This document shows, piece after piece, positions 13,820 to 29,623 of a DNA stretch of 64,000 bases. The notes under the pieces are model-generated. The model did no database searches and was not told the origin of the DNA. It saw only the letters and a list, made by a program, of their open reading frames with translations. The position numbers were made by a program, and so were the translations under genes. The DNA is from Flaccisagitta enflata (lineage: Eukaryota): the NCBI GenBank assembly GCA_965153355.1, contig OZ231126.1, positions 49,166,001 to 49,230,000 on the forward strand. The letters run 5' to 3'. Each line of letters starts with the position of its first letter. Position 1 is the stretch's first letter.

Positions 13820-13941
13820 GTTCTGCTTGGCACAAAGCGATGAGTTTCTCAAAGACTTTGGAGAAGAAAGCGACTTGTTTCTTGCCCGTCAATTCCTCCA
13901 ACATCGCTTTCAAGAACAATTTCTCCAAATTGGTCGCATTT
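13820..13941 (-). CDS. Exon resembling ORC1/CDC6 C-terminal winged-helix region
   Basis: tttttcag|A-NATNLEKLFLKAMLEELTGKKQVAFFSKVFEKLIALCQAE-C|GTAAGT. Resembles, from memory, the ORC1 segment NxSxLEQxFLRAILAEF...FxxxYxxxxALCRME. Strong splice sites. Confidence 0.65.
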
Positions 13942-14269
13942 CTGAAAAACAACAACAGAAATATAAATGAAACGATTCGTTCCATTCTGTGTGTGTGTTT
14001 GTCTGTCGGTCTGTCTGTCTGTTAGTCCGTCTTTTTGTCTTATCGACTGTCTTTTTGTCAGATTATGTGCTTGTGTTACATTTTGTTTGTCATTTTGCTT
14101 GTGTTACATTTTGTTTGTCATTAGTAAAGGATAGTTGTGAGCAATCCGGAGTAAACACCATTGAAAGCTTGCAAGGCTTTCATCCTTTGTAAATTGGAGA
14201 ATTCTGGCCTCCTTTTGTAAGGGCAATGTTGTTTCAACTTTCATTTACTTTCTGTCTGTCTGTCTATCT

Positions 14270-14386
<117 letters not shown>

Positions 14387-14537
14387 AGTTTACTTATTAG
14401 CATTTGAAAATAACATTAGCATTTTGGGATTAGCTGATTAATCCCCAAGATAGTTGTGAGTGTGAAACCTGGCTGCAAAATGTAAATCTTGGGATAAACT
14501 AAAATGCCTTACTCAGCTCAGAACTTACGCTGATTAC

Positions 14538-14585
14538 TTAAGCAAGAAAAAGGTTTGTTCTTGTTTCAAACGAGATAAAACGTAT
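14538..14585 (-). CDS. Possible short upstream exon of the ORC1/CDC6-like unit
   Basis: cctaag|A-YVLSRLKQEQTFFLL-AA|GTAATC. The phase-2 end completes K before NATNLE. Weak donor. Confidence 0.3.
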   Translation of the reverse strand: MRFISFETRTNLFLA

Positions 14586-14593
14586 CTTAGGAG

Positions 14594-14786
<193 letters not shown>

Positions 14787-16370
14787 CATTCAAACAGATT
14801 TTTGTCGAGACTGGGAAAGGAAAATTCCGTCCAACGAAGAATCACCGGTTATTCAATGCACGCATGAATTGCAAAAAGAGCGACAGATGGACTGACACGT
14901 GATCTGATGGCTAGCGAAATCGTTGCGGCGCGCACTGTGCTCCAGACCGCATTGTTCCTTGAATAGTTTTTATACAGTGAAACCTCGCCATAACGGATAC
15001 AAGAGAAAGAAATGAAACAAGGCTGGATACATGGCTACCTCAGTCGCGTGCGGGTGGGCAGGGGCCATATTTGAGGTCACTTGATCACTTGGGCAGGAGC
15101 AGTGAGGCCAAAGAAAGCAAAAACCCAAAAAAGTATAGTGTGATCGACCGATGAACAGACGCTAGACGGACCGATGAACTGCCAGACGCACAAAGCAGGC
15201 TGTAGAGTCGTGCATTACGCGACTAACAAAAATCCATCTGTGATGGACACAAGTCTTTGGTTCCTTCATGCCATTTTCATATATTTCCTTCATTGGCAAT
15301 AATGGAAATCCATCAATAACAAATAAAATCTATTGGTCCCTTGACATCTGTTATTTCGGGGTGTAACTGTATGATAGGAGGAACAATATTCCTCACTAAA
15401 CCCAAACTAAAATAAATGGAAGAGGGCCTTGTGAATCCTCACTGATTAGTTAAAAAGCGTTTTCAACAAAACAGAATCTAAAAAGCTGTCTTTCTTATTA
15501 ACCCAAAAGCAAACCGCTTACCAAAAGTAGTTAAGGGCACTGATTGTTACCTGTTTTACCAAAACTCAACAAATCACCCGAGGGCAACATTCTCAAGAAA
15601 CCATACCCTCAGGCGTGCATTATTTTCTTTCCTTCCGAGTTCCGAGTAACTTATATTTTCCCCTGGGATTTTTCGACTTGCCAATCCCGTCTAACTTCAA
15701 GTTTACCAACCCAGAGTTTTATGGAGATGAATTTGTTTCATCATCAATTATCTAATTTGCATAATGCAGTTTTAAGACTTCTGGTTTTTGAAATGACAAC
15801 CATTCAAACTTTACTCGATTGGAATAAAATCCAAATACTAACACGCTGCTTAAACTAAATAAACAGATAAAATTGACGCTTTCCATGTGCAAAAAGATCA
15901 TACTGGTTTCATTTGTTGTGAAGTTTTGTAAAAATGGATGCATGCAAAGCATTTGATGAATAATTTTTGAAATCCATCTTACCGGAAAAAAAAGCTTGCT
16001 TTAGTCGTTGGAATCTGTCCATGGACTTCTGCTCATTGCGAACTGATAACCTGGCGCTCGAGAGTTGAACACTGATGCCCCAATCATCTAAATGACTTTT
16101 TCCTTTATCCTCTTTTTTTTGTTCTTCTATTTCCTCTTTTTTTTCTTTTTCTTCTTCTTCTTCTTCGTCGAATCGTCTTCTTCTTCTTGCTATTCTTCTT
16201 CTTCCCCTTTTTCTTTTTCTTTGGTCAATTGGCAAACTTTAGAATCTAAATTCATTCAAATTATTTTCCACCATTCTTAGGCAGGAAGGGCATTTAATGG
16301 AAAATTTTCAGTCGCGGATTTACTGTTATAGAGAGATTTATGCATCTCTTTTGCAAAGACTTTAGATATA

Positions 16371-16795
16371 CAGGGTGATTTTTTTCAAGTAGGGGAAAAT
16401 ATTAAGACATCAAATTCTAATTACATTATTTTCAGATGAACAAAATCTAATTTATGGTTTATTGTTCAAGAAAAAAATATATTTTTGACAAATTTCATTA
16501 GTATTAATATTGTTATCAAAACCGAAATTTCATAAAAATCAGATATTCATCTTTTAAAACCAAAATAAGTTATTTTTATGCATAATTGAAACATTCACTG
16601 TTGTAAAAAAAAGACCTAAGCTTAATTGATCGAAAATGGTAAATTATACTCAATCAAAGTAAAAACTTGACAAAAATATTGTTACTCTCTCAAATAATAA
16701 ATATCAAATAATTTGTAACCATTAATTAACTTTGGTTTATCCGAAAATTACATTACTAAAATTTAATGTCTTAATACTTGAAAGAAATCACCCTG
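16371..16795. mobile_element. Tc1/mariner-type MITE
   Basis: TA|CAGGGTGATTT..TTCAAGTA ... TACTTGAAAGAAATCACCCTG|TA. Confidence 0.85.
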
Positions 16796-17163
16796 TATAC
16801 CGGGTGCAAGCATAAAGACATTTTGCTCGAGACTGATGATGCACGAATGCACTAAGAACTATCTCTCCATTTAGATACGTATCTATAAAAGACGTTTCCA
16901 TCTATATTGTCAACGTATCTATAAAAGACGTTTCAATCCATATTGTCAACGGGAAAAAGACTAGCAAAATAGCAAAGAATGTAAAACTACAATTCCATTA
17001 CATTCTTGCATTTGGTATATATCTTAACTCTTTGGAAAAGGTATGCATAAATCTTTATATAACATAAGTAAAAAAAAGCCGAAAGGAGGCTTTGTCCATT
17101 CATCGGTCCATAATTTTATCCGTCGGTCTGTTGTTCCGTAACTTCTAAGTTGCTTTGCTCATA

Positions 17164-17740
17164 CAGTGGGTCTCAACTGGAGGAAGGTATTTAAGTGTCT
17201 TAATTTCATTTGACGAACTTGATATTTGAAATATAAGTTGTTCAATTGATGCTTGTGTCCCTGAGTTTTTTGGTTGCAATGGAAACCAAATTTTTTTTTC
17301 CGAGCATTTATAACTGCTAGAATATCAATATTTTGACAGATATGATCAGGGAACATTGCTCAGAATTAAATTTGCTATAACTTTCCCACAGTATATCATG
17401 TAAAAATATTGCTCGTTTAGCCGTTGCTAAAGGAGCATCACACATAGCAACCAGTAAATGATGCTCCCTAGCAACAGCTAAACAAGCGATATTCATACAG
17501 AACATGCTGTGGGAATGTTGTTGTAAATTTGATTTTTAGCAATGTTCCCTCACTTCATTGGTGAAAACATTGATATTTTAGCAGTTATGACTGTTCGAAA
17601 AAATAATTTTGGATTCCATGGCAACAGGTACACAAGCATCAATTGAACAACTTATATTTCAAATATCAAGTCTGTCAAATGAAATTAAGATACTTAAATA
17701 CCTTCCTCCAGTTTAGTTTGTTATTCCACGAATCCCACTG
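17164..17740. mobile_element. Foldback (near-fully palindromic) TA-flanked MITE
   Basis: TA|CAGTGGG..AACTGGAGGAAGGTATTTAAG arms are reverse-complementary over almost the whole length. Confidence 0.88.
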
Positions 17741-17900
17741 TATCTATCTGCAACCATTCGCACGAACGCAGTAAGAGGGAAAGTCTGCGTATCGTGGAAT
17801 GAGTAAAACGAACTTGGGAAGTTGAAAATTGCCACTTGTCGGCAATTGCCTCAAGGACGGGACAACTTACAAGCTGCTTCGAGTGAAGGCAGAGGACATG

Positions 17901-18350
<450 letters not shown>

Positions 18351-18551
18351 AACAAACAGTATATTGTGTCAATAGATGATATTACATTAGTAGTAAAGAA
18401 CTCTCACGGTAATTTGAAGGAGCGTACACGAGAATGTTGACATCGAAAACATAGCCAGGTCCCCATTTGCCCGTGAGGTGAGCTTCACGGACGTAAGACA
18501 TTTTCCGACTAGGATTTTTAGTATTTCTTTATTCTTTTCTGCTTCCTTTTT

Positions 18552-18647
<96 letters not shown>

Positions 18648-19050
18648 CTTCTTCTTCTCCTTCTTCTTTTTCTTCTTCTTCTTCTTCTTCTTCTTCTTCT
18701 TCTTCTTCTTCTTCTTCTTCTTCTTCTTCTTCTTCTTCTTCTCCTTTTTTTTCTTTTTTTGGTTTCACCTTGGCTTTATTTTGCTTTTAATTCCCTTTTG
18801 TCAAATTTGGGAATTTCACAAATTTCTTTGTTTATGAGACTTTGGCCTTAAAACCAACGATTTTTTTTTGTTTCGTTTTTGTTCTGTTTACGTTGTGCAC
18901 TGGACTGAGTTGCCAACTTTAAAATGTAAACATTTTTTTCTCCTTTGCAGCGGCCTAGCAAAATCTGAAAAAAAACCCGACGACTCAGAGTTTCTCTCCC
19001 TGTTATGCTTCTAAAGAGAGCTATTCTTGGGAAATTGTAAATCAAGAATC

Positions 19051-19268
19051 TTTTTAGTCGCGGACAAGCGACTCTATAAGAGGCTTTGTCCGTCGCGGAC
19101 TAGCGACTCTATAAGAGGCTTTGTCCGTCCGTCCGTCCGTCCGTCCGTCCGTCCGTCCGTCCGTCCGTCGGTCGGTCCGTCACGCTCGAGTCAAAAAGTG
19201 GGAAAACACGCATTTCCGCCCCTGCCCACTCGTCCGCGACTGGTATTGGCCGTGTATCCGGCCTTGTT
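19051..19268 (+). mobile_element. Family A element (close relatives at 7926-8085, 20667-20834, 21847-21993, 24989-25184)
   Basis: AGTCGCGGAC/GTCCGCGACT subTIRs, (GTCC)n, GGCCGTGTATCCGGCC hairpin, TTGTT end. Confidence 0.88.
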
Positions 19269-20025
19269 TATTAGGAAACTGAGCCAGGCAACGTTGTCGA
19301 ACTGTCTGGTTTGCATCAACGCCGGAGATGTGTTTAAAAGAAAATCTTCTGGGCAACATCGAAGGATGAAAGCGTAGGCGAGTCGACGTGAGTAGGGTAA
19401 AGTCAAACGTTGTGTCAAAGACGTACTGGGTGGGCCGTGGAGTGATAGCCAAAAAGGTTATAGCCAAAGAACTGCTTGATTTGCGTTGACTTTTGTGCCG
19501 TTAGGTTCAGCATCTGATCAATGCGAAAAGAAGAATCTATGATACAGAATCTAAGCTTCCCACGAGAAAATTTCCTCTTTTGAGGGATGACTTTTTGGCT
19601 AAGAGTGGGCTTGAATTTCACGCTAAGGCTTATCCTTAAAATGTCTTAAAACTTTGGCAAGACTTCAGCCAGATGTCATCATCAACTTTGACCTCACCCA
19701 GTAAAAAAAGTAAGTGTAATGGACAACTTGATGTGACAGAGGTTTACAGTAGACTGGCGCAAAGGAAGTATAATGGATGTGGAGAACGAGTTAAGGGGGA
19801 AAGAGAGGCTGATGAAGCAGAGCGAGAGCATGAGTGAAGGAGCATGGTAATACTAATAGCAGGTTTATATCTTAGAACTTAATGCTTGCTTTTCTTTACA
19901 TCAAATCGTCACCGTTTATGTGTCCCTCGGTTTGTTACAGGATGTTTTCATCAAATTCTACTCCTTTCCTAAATGTTGACAATCTCTTTTTTTTATCGCT
20001 ACCCTTTCTACAAGCGGCCTTCATC

Positions 20026-20350
20026 TTAAGATGCGTCCTCGCATCTCTATAAGAGGGTGTGTCGGTTGGTTCGTCCGTCCGTCCGTTTGAAACGCGAAAT
20101 CTTAGAGAAATTTCTCTTCATTTCTCTTCATTTCTCTTCATGCCTCTTCATTTCTATTTATTTCTCTTCGTGTCTTTTCATTTCTCTTCTTCTCTCTCTC
20201 CATGTGTCTGTTCATGTGTCCCTTCATGAGTCTCTTCATGTGTCTCTTCATGTGTCTATTTATATATCTCTTTATGCATCTTTTCATGTATCTTAATATC
20301 CTATATCTGAAGAGGACGCATCTATATATTGGACATCTCTTGGCCTTGTT
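20026..20350 (+). mobile_element. Family A element, AGATGCG subfamily, with 10/12-bp internal repeats
   Basis: AGATGCGTCCTC/GAGGACGCATCT subTIRs; (TTTCTCTTCA)n and (TGTGTCTCTTCA)n; GGCCTTGTT end. Confidence 0.8.
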
Positions 20351-22010
20351 TACAGAAACAAGCCATAAACATATCGGACAATATGATACGAAATTGCGCG
20401 AAAGATACATAAAAACTGCTGATTCAGGTGAAACAAAAACTAAATGTCTCCATAAAACGCATCTAAAAAGAAAGAAGAGATGAGAGCGAAGGGGATCAGG
20501 AAAAAAAAGTCTTCATACTTTGCTTTTCTGTTTTCTCATCGCCGTTTTGGCGCAGAAAAATCCTAATTTGCATAAATAATCAATTTCAAGAGAGAATTTT
20601 CCATTGCTCATGGAAGATAATCCTTTTTACACTGACGCAAGGAAAAGTGAGAGACAGGAAGAAAAAAACAAGGCCGGATACACAGTCATCAGTTGCGGAC
20701 GGGTGGGCAGGGGCGGAAATGCGCGTTTTCCCACTTTTCAACTCGATCATTATGGACGGACGGACGGACGGACGGACGGACGGACCGACGGACGGACAAA
20801 GCCTGTTATAGAGTCGCGTGTCCGCAACTAAAAAGAATGGAGTCAGATGACGAAGAGACAGAAATGATATGGAACGAAACAGTCAGTTTCCAGCCGACAA
20901 AAAGAGACAGAGCATCAGATCAATCACTAAGACCGTCAGTCTATGACTAGACAGTTAGTCTCAGGCTAGACTTTGTTATCATGGTTTGCTTCACAGCCAT
21001 TTTACCAATAAAGGCGACTCTCATCGTAGGAAAAAAGTCCTAAGTACGAGGTTTTGGAATTTCTTGTGATTGTGTTTTGGCTGGTTAATTGCGTTTTTTT
21101 CTCTGGGCATCTTTTTGGTTTGTTCCACTCTCTACATGTGTTTCTCTGTTTGTTCTTTGTTTGCCCGTCTTTCTCTCGTCTCTTCTCTCTCCCATTCTCA
21201 TTTTCTCTCTCCCCATTTCTCTCTCTCTCTCTCCCCTTCTCTCATGTAACACGGGTTTACAATATGATTGCGGACAGGTAGACAGAGGCATCCAACCCCC
21301 ATCCACACCCCAACCTCAACCCCCACACACAAGCATCTAGACCACTTGTTTTTCCACTTTTCCACTCGGACAAACAGACGGACCAACAGACCAATGGATG
21401 GCCTGACAGACAAAGCCTCTCATAGCGTCCAGAGTTGAAATGAGAAAGAGACTGTGCTGCCAGGATGCACAATCATCACCTGGGACATTTCAAAGTGCAA
21501 ATAAACTTCAACTAACTCGATTCCTTGTTTTTGGGAAAAATGCGAAAAATGCAAAAAAATATAAAAAGGATTTAAAAAATCATAGCTCCAAAACTATCGA
21601 TCACACAGAATTCTGCTTGGCGTCATCTGAAAGAGGAAAATTAGCTCTAAATAAGCAATTAATTTCATGCGTAGTCCCATTCTGCTCGAAAAATGCAGCA
21701 ACTTCATTAAACGCCTCATAAAACAAAGGGAAATCCGTTTTTCTCTGCAGGACTCAAAAAGACCAAAGGGACTTCGTCTCTTCGACTTTTTTCCAAATAA
21801 ACGCATAGCCAAAAAAAAAAAAAGAAAAAAAAGAAAAAGAAATAAAAACAAGGCCGGATACATGACAATCCAGTCGCGGACGGTTGGGCAGGAACAGTAA
21901 TGCGAAAACCGCTCGCAATTCAAAAATGTTACGGAGGGACGGAAGGACGGACCAACACGGCCAGGTGTAGAGTCGCGTGTCCGCGACTAAAAACTGACTT
22001 CTGAGGTATA

Positions 22011-23585
<1,575 letters not shown>

Positions 23586-25208
23586 TAGGTCTCACCAAAG
23601 CATTCCCTTCCACTTAAATTACTACGTCGCTTGTAAGATTTTTCTCATAAGAAAAGCTATGGAAAGTCGAGGTTGCATTGGGGTAGGAACTGGGCAGGGC
23701 GGTAATCATGTTAACTTACAGCTATCTTCGGACCTAAATTAACTAAATAAGTTTAAAGATTCAGGTTCAATGAATGAGAGAGATACGAATAGTTTTGGTA
23801 CCCAACTTAAGGGTTTAATAACAATTTTGACAAGATGACATATTGCATAACAGTTATAACATCACGTAACAGCCAGTAATAAAAACGCAAACGATTCGAA
23901 GTGGCAAGAACATAGCTCATTGTTCATTGTGACCACAATCAAAATATTGGAATGTCACGTATGAAAGTGCGAGCGGTCAGGGTACAATGCACTTCCCTTT
24001 ACCCCCCCTCCCTCCACAAAGGGAAAAAAAAAGAAAAAAGAAAGAGAGAAAAAATAAAGAGAGAAAAAAAAAAGAAAACAAACAATCCAATGGAAACTAA
24101 AATAGACATTGTTCTCAACAGACAGATGGACGGACTGACATTCAAAGCCTTCCACGAGTATGGCTGGCTGCGTCTGAAAAGCGATAAAGTGCAAATATTA
24201 CAATATTATTTCCATTTTTAAAACATTCCCAATTTCTAATTGCCCCAATTTCATTTGCGAAGGCGGATTCTTCGCTTTAGATTTTTTAATTTCTTCCTTG
24301 CAGTCACAATACCACGTAGTCAAATGAATTTCCATGTTGCAACGCAGTGATGTTGACTTGTATTTTAAATGCTACATCCTGAGAAAATCATGTTAACGTT
24401 GTTGAAAGTGACGCGGGGACATGATATCGTTGCAGACGGGTGGGCCGGGCCATATAACCCCCAGCCATACCCTAACCCACCCCATGCTGACTCACACACA
24501 CAGACAATCATAACTGCAGCATCATAAACGTGCGTTTTCGACTTGATCATTACGAACAAACGGACGGACAAAGCCTCTTATTATTCTTATCGAGTTGCGT
24601 GTCTGTAATTAAAAAACAAAAGAAAGAGAGAGAATAAGATCAAAAACTCGATCATGAAATGCAGTGATTAATTAAAAAAAAAACAGTGTAAAGGTAACGG
24701 CAACATAAAAAAGGAGAAAAGTCATGTGACACCCTCCCATTGTGTCTACTTGAACTCATGAGGTACATACTTCAAGTGCAGAGTGACACTTTTAGGTAAG
24801 GCAACATACCTCGACAATAATCAATGTCCATCGGTCCGTTAGTATGTTGCTCCTTCTGATTCCCTCATATCATTTTTATCACAAATGCCGCACATGGGTG
24901 TGCGAGAACGGACGTCCGAGACGTTAGCTGACGTCCCTGTTTGTCAGACTTACAACCCTGTCAGTGTCAAGCCCATATAGAAAAGGTAAACAAGGCCGGA
25001 TACACGGCCATCAGTTGCGGACGGGTGGGCAGGGGCGGAAATGCGCGTTTTCCCACTTTTCAACTCGATGGTTACGGACCAACGGACGGACGGACGGACG
25101 GACGGACGGACGGACGGACGGACCGACGGACGGACGGACGGACGGACAAAGCCTCTTATAGAGTTGCGTGTCCGCAACTAAAAATGGAAAAAGTAAAAAA
25201 GAAAAATA

Positions 25209-25913
25209 AATAGTCGCAAAAGCGTTAGATGGTAAGCGGTATCCGTTGCCCCTATGTGAGTATATGTGGGTGTGTGGTGGTGAGAGGAGCAGCGGCCCCG
25301 AAGAGACCGATGACCTATGCTTAGTAAGTTTCGAAATTCTAGGCTTGAATTTCAGCATCAATAATGGGATTTGAGCCATGAGGCTGTGATTTGAGCCTCA
25401 AGGCGGTGATTTGAGCCTCCAGGCAATGATTTGAGCCACCAGGCGGTGATTTGAGCCTTGGGGCGGTGATTTGAGTCTGGAGGCTGTGATCTGAGCTTTG
25501 AGACTGTGATTTGAGCCAAGCTGCTGGAATTAAAGCCAAGACGCGACGCTGGGATTTGAGCCTTAAGATATTTGAGGCTTGAGGCTGGGATTTGAGCCTT
25601 GAGGCTGGAATGTGAGCCTTGAGTATAGGATGTGAGCCTCCAGGCTGGGATGTGAGCCTCTAGGCTGGGATTTGAGCATTGAGGCTGGAATTTGAGCCTT
25701 TAGGTTGGGATTTGAGCCTTGAGGCTAGGATCTGGGCATTGAGCCTAGTATTTAGTCCTCTAGACTAGGATTTGGGCCGTAAGGCAGGGATTTGAGCCTC
25801 AAGGCTAGGATTTGAGCTTTGGACAGAGAAGGAGGAGCAGAAAAAGAAGGAGAAATTTCCCCTATGTGTGAAAGCATAGGTCATCGGCCCCTTTGGGGTC
25901 GCCGCCCAAAAAG
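25209..25913 (-). mobile_element. Family B element with 20/21-bp array (GGCTGGGATTTGAGCCTTGA)
   Basis: GCAGCGGCCCC..CCGATGACCTATGCTT and inverted AAGCATAGGTCATCGG..CGCCCAAAA; tail shared with 50414-50892. Confidence 0.82.
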
Positions 25914-26427
25914 GAGAAAAAATTGAGAAAGACTATGAGATTTTTTTTCAAAGTAGGCTGTCATGATATTTCCTTATACAACTATGTAATACAAAATGAA
26001 AAAAAAACTGAATAAGTTATAAACTCTGTTGGGATTTGATTCTTCTTAAAGGTTAAAACTGGTCACCGACGGCCCTTAGAAATTCTGCGCCATACACTAA
26101 AGCGTTTCCCAAATCACGTAATACGTCTTGTGTCATTTGATCTGTGATCTGTGATCATTTGGTCTGTAAAATTGTACGTCTGTCTGTTTGTCTGTTCGTC
26201 TCGCTTTTCGCAAAAAAAAAAGAATCTACTAAATCTATGGTGCTGTGTGCAAGAGCTATGCTCTTACTAAAAACATGAATTGAAAGTGTTGTGCGGATTC
26301 TTATCATTTTGCGTTAAGTCGATTGTTAGGCTTAGGAATACTTTACTACGCTGTACGCAGTACAGTTAACACATTTAAATGTTATAGTTTTAGTAATTTC
26401 ATTATAATATACTTTTCAGAAAAGGTA

Positions 26428-26928
26428 CAGTAGATGTCATCTAGACTTGGAAATACGGGGGAGCTCATAACCTGACTATCAGTACAATAAGGGGATAAAT
26501 ATTTTGCTGCTGAAATGTTTTGACCCTAAGGGGTTGATGATGGGGTATGGCATCCCCCTACGGCTTACCACAAGAAAAAAATTTTTGTATAAAACTAAAG
26601 GATCAATCTTTTATTTTTTGCAGAATTTCAGCTTCATCTATTTGCTTGATTTGCAAAACCAGCCTGAGATTAGAACCTGGAACTTTTAAATAAACTGACC
26701 ATGTTGAATTAGAAGTTAGTTAACCAATAGACCAATTTCAACAAAGAGAAGAAAAGAGAGAATTTGATTTAATATTCAAGAGAATTTTCTATCCACAGAG
26801 CTGGCATACCCCATCGTCAAACCAATAGGACATAAGCATTGTACACACACACAGTTTCATTTCATTTACACAAATGGCATTTAGGAAATGAGGGCCCCCA
26901 TATTTCCAAGTCTAGATGTCATCTACTG
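26428..26928. mobile_element. TA-flanked MITE (relatives at ~57671-58070 and 61413-62578)
   Basis: TA|CAGTAGATGTCATCTAGACTTGGAAATA ... TATTTCCAAGTCTAGATGTCATCTACTG|TA. Confidence 0.85.
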
Positions 26929-27559
26929 TATTCTTTTCAACTTCAAATCACAGCATTATATAATTCGATTCTTTCCGGCAACAAAACTTTTTTATGACAG
27001 TCACTATATCGTGAGAATTCGTCCTCTAATACCGCATTGTTACTATAGCGGAGCACCGCGCCGCTAGAGCGCACCCGCTAATAAGGCATGCTCACCTATG
27101 AAGCATACAGCTTATTGTCCCATGAAAGAAATGAGTAGTTATTTTTATATTGGCAATAAAACAGATTCATTATAAGGCATAATTTTGCTCGATCCCCTGA
27201 CATGCGCTCTAGTGAAGCTCAACTGTAGTCCTAAAACAAAGCCGAGGACGCCTGTAACGGTTACAACGGCCCGGTAACTTAACTTTCAAATTCTGGAACC
27301 ACGGCGAATGATCTGCATAATCAAACCATTACGACCATGGCTTGGGTATACTAGACGATTAGTCTTTCATCCCCCGCCCAACCAACTCCTCTCTCTGTCT
27401 TACGATCCTTTATTTTTCTGTATCTTCTTGGTCCCCTAGTTCATCAACTTCTTCTACCACTCTCTTTCCCTTCCCCTTTCAACCTCCTTTCTTCGTCATT
27501 TTCTTCTTCTTCTTCTTCTTCTTCTTCTTCTTCTTCTTCTTCTTCTTCTTCTTCTTCTT

Positions 27560-27590
<31 letters not shown>

Positions 27591-27869
27591 TTCTTCTTCT
27601 TCTTCTTCTTCTTCTTCTTCTTCTTCTTCTTCTTCTTCTTCTTCTTCTTCTTCTTCTTCTTCTTCTTCTTCTTCTTCTTCTTCATTTTCCTCTTTTACCT
27701 CCTCTTTTCCTTCCTTTTATTCTCCTATTTCTTACTTACTCTGTTTCCTTTCTCTCTTCTCTCTCTTCTTATGGTTACGAACATGTGAGTCCTTTCTCTT
27801 CTTCCACCCCCTACCCTCTGCACCTCGTCATCATCATCATCATCATCATCTCGTCTCATGATCATATAG

Positions 27870-28178
27870 TCAATCGGAGTGAGAATGGGCCGAATTGGAA
27901 TCTTCTCGTCGTTGATAAGCGTAAAGGAAAGATTTGGAAGCTTCTGGTGACGACGACGACGACGACGATGCAGCGGCGGCGGCGGAAATGCCCACGGAAG
28001 TTGCTACAGTGTTGCCACCGGCGCCGACGACGACGTTGGCTTTCACGGCCGTGTCAGAAGATGCTGTTGACGCGGCGTTTGAGGTTGCGGCGGTGGAGCG
28101 CGTCGTCCGCGTCGACATCTCCAAGCGGGGAAACTCCTGCGTCAATCTCACGCCAGGCGGCGATAAAACCCCGTTTAT
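27870..28178 (-). CDS. Possible terminal exon 8 of ACER (Ser/Ala/Thr-rich tail)
   Basis: Pyrimidine-rich acceptor tttcttcctttgatcag|ATA and 103 open codons ending in TGA. GC-rich. Phase 0 matches a weak donor CCA|GTTCGT at 28362. Confidence 0.45.
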   Translation of the reverse strand: MNGVLSPPGVRLTQEFPRLEMSTRTTRSTAATSNAASTASSDTAVKANVVVGAGGNTVATSVGISAAAAASSSSSSSPEASKSFLYAYQRREDSNSAHSHSD

Positions 28179-28331
28179 CTGATCAAAGGAAGAAACAAAA
28201 GGCTTTTTCTCTCTTCTATCTTTTCAAGAGATTTACACCAAGATGATATTCTGAGAAGTTCATTCTCTCTCCCTCTCTCTATGCCTATCATTTTGTCTAT
28301 CTGTCCATCTGGCGGTCCTGTTTTAGAGGGT

Positions 28332-28474
28332 CTAAGTCTTTCTTTCTTCAATGTCACGAACTGGTGCAGTGAGTCCCATTTCTCCGGGTGGTGAAAATGC
28401 AGCTCGAACTCCGCCTCTTCCTCCTCCGGATAGCGACGACTCCTCCGAAAAATCCGACGGCGGATTCCGCAACC
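28332..28474 (-). CDS. ACER: Alkaline ceramidase, probable exon 7 (to TAG at 28332, or spliced at 28362)
   Basis: ctcag|GG TTG CGG completes phase 1 to give ...IPYIGLRNPPSDFSEESSLSGGGRGGVRAAFSPPGEMGLTAP(VRDIEERKT*). GC-rich island between AT-rich flanks. Confidence 0.6.
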
Positions 28475-28880
28475 CTGAGATGATTTTTTTGATTATTCAT
28501 TCGTTCATTTACCCATTCAATCATTCATTCCTTACTAATCAATTCATCCGTTCAGTCATTAGACTTTTCATTCAAATATTTATTCAAAAATTGATTGATT
28601 CATTCATTCATTCATTCAATCATTCATTCATTCATTCATTCATTCATTCATTCATTCATTTATCCATTCAAGTGATTCAAGCAGTCATCTATTCACTAAT
28701 TGATTTCCTCATTAATTCAATAATTCACTCATTCATTCATTCATTCATTCATTCATTCATTCATTCATTCATTCATTCATTCATTCATTCATTCATTCAT
28801 TCATATATTCATTCATTCATTCATTCATTCATACAGATACGAGAGTGATCTTTGCTGAGGCTTCGACTTTGCCAGCGTAC

Positions 28881-29067
28881 CGATATAAGGTATTCCTATC
28901 CAGGTGGCGTCATCGTCCGGCCAGTACATGATGTCTGGCCGTAAAGATTCCGCCACGTAGATGGCGTCAAAATACGCGAAAATGACGCAAGTGGCGTAAC
29001 AACTGATGAACACCAACACGTGCCATATCGAATGCAAATAAGGGAATTTCACTGTTTCGCCCCAAAA
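28881..29067 (-). CDS. ACER: Alkaline ceramidase, coding exon 6
   Basis: cttcag|FWGETVKFPYLHSIWHVLVFISCYATCVIFAYFDAIYVAESLRPDIMYWPDDDATWIGIPYI-G|GTACGC; Zn-binding HxxWH motif (PYLHSIWH) and the YWP...GIPY tail. Confidence 0.92.
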
Positions 29068-29069
29068 CT

Positions 29070-29178
<109 letters not shown>

Positions 29179-29623
29179 GACAGATAGACAGACAGACAGG
29201 GAGAAAGGATTATATATATGACGGAAAATTTTTGAAGGATAATGAAATGTTTCACCATATTTTTTGCATTATTACTAGGACAATAATGAAGCTGGAATGC
29301 TTTGATTGGATAAATTGTCTCTAAAGGTGCAGAAATTTTTATCATATTCTGACCTAAAAAGTAATTTGAACTATGCAATTATAAGAAAACAAGCAAAAAG
29401 AAGATGTTTTTTAGTGAATTTCTGCGCACACATTTTTTTCATTTTCTGAGGTCGAAATTCTAAGAAAGCACAGGGAAATTTTGCATTTTGAAAAACATAG
29501 CTCTCTCTGTCAATTGAGTTGATTTAGGAAGAGAATTATGACATGTCTATGTTTTTTTTTATTTTCATTTTTTCATTTCCTGTACAAATTTAGAATTTTG
29601 ACCAGCCCCTTTTCAATGACAAA

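Noticed and set aside
15551-15600. GDLLSFGKT as a Walker A motif for the ORC1-like unit
   Set aside because: Spacing is G-x5-GKT rather than x4, there is an in-frame TGA just upstream and no good acceptor.
19415-19520. Candidate minus-strand exon MLNLTAQKSTQIKQFFGYNLFGYHSTAHP, and a similar candidate at ~23596-23656
   Set aside because: Splice-like signals but no homology; the second has stops in all frames, so it cannot be supported as CDS.
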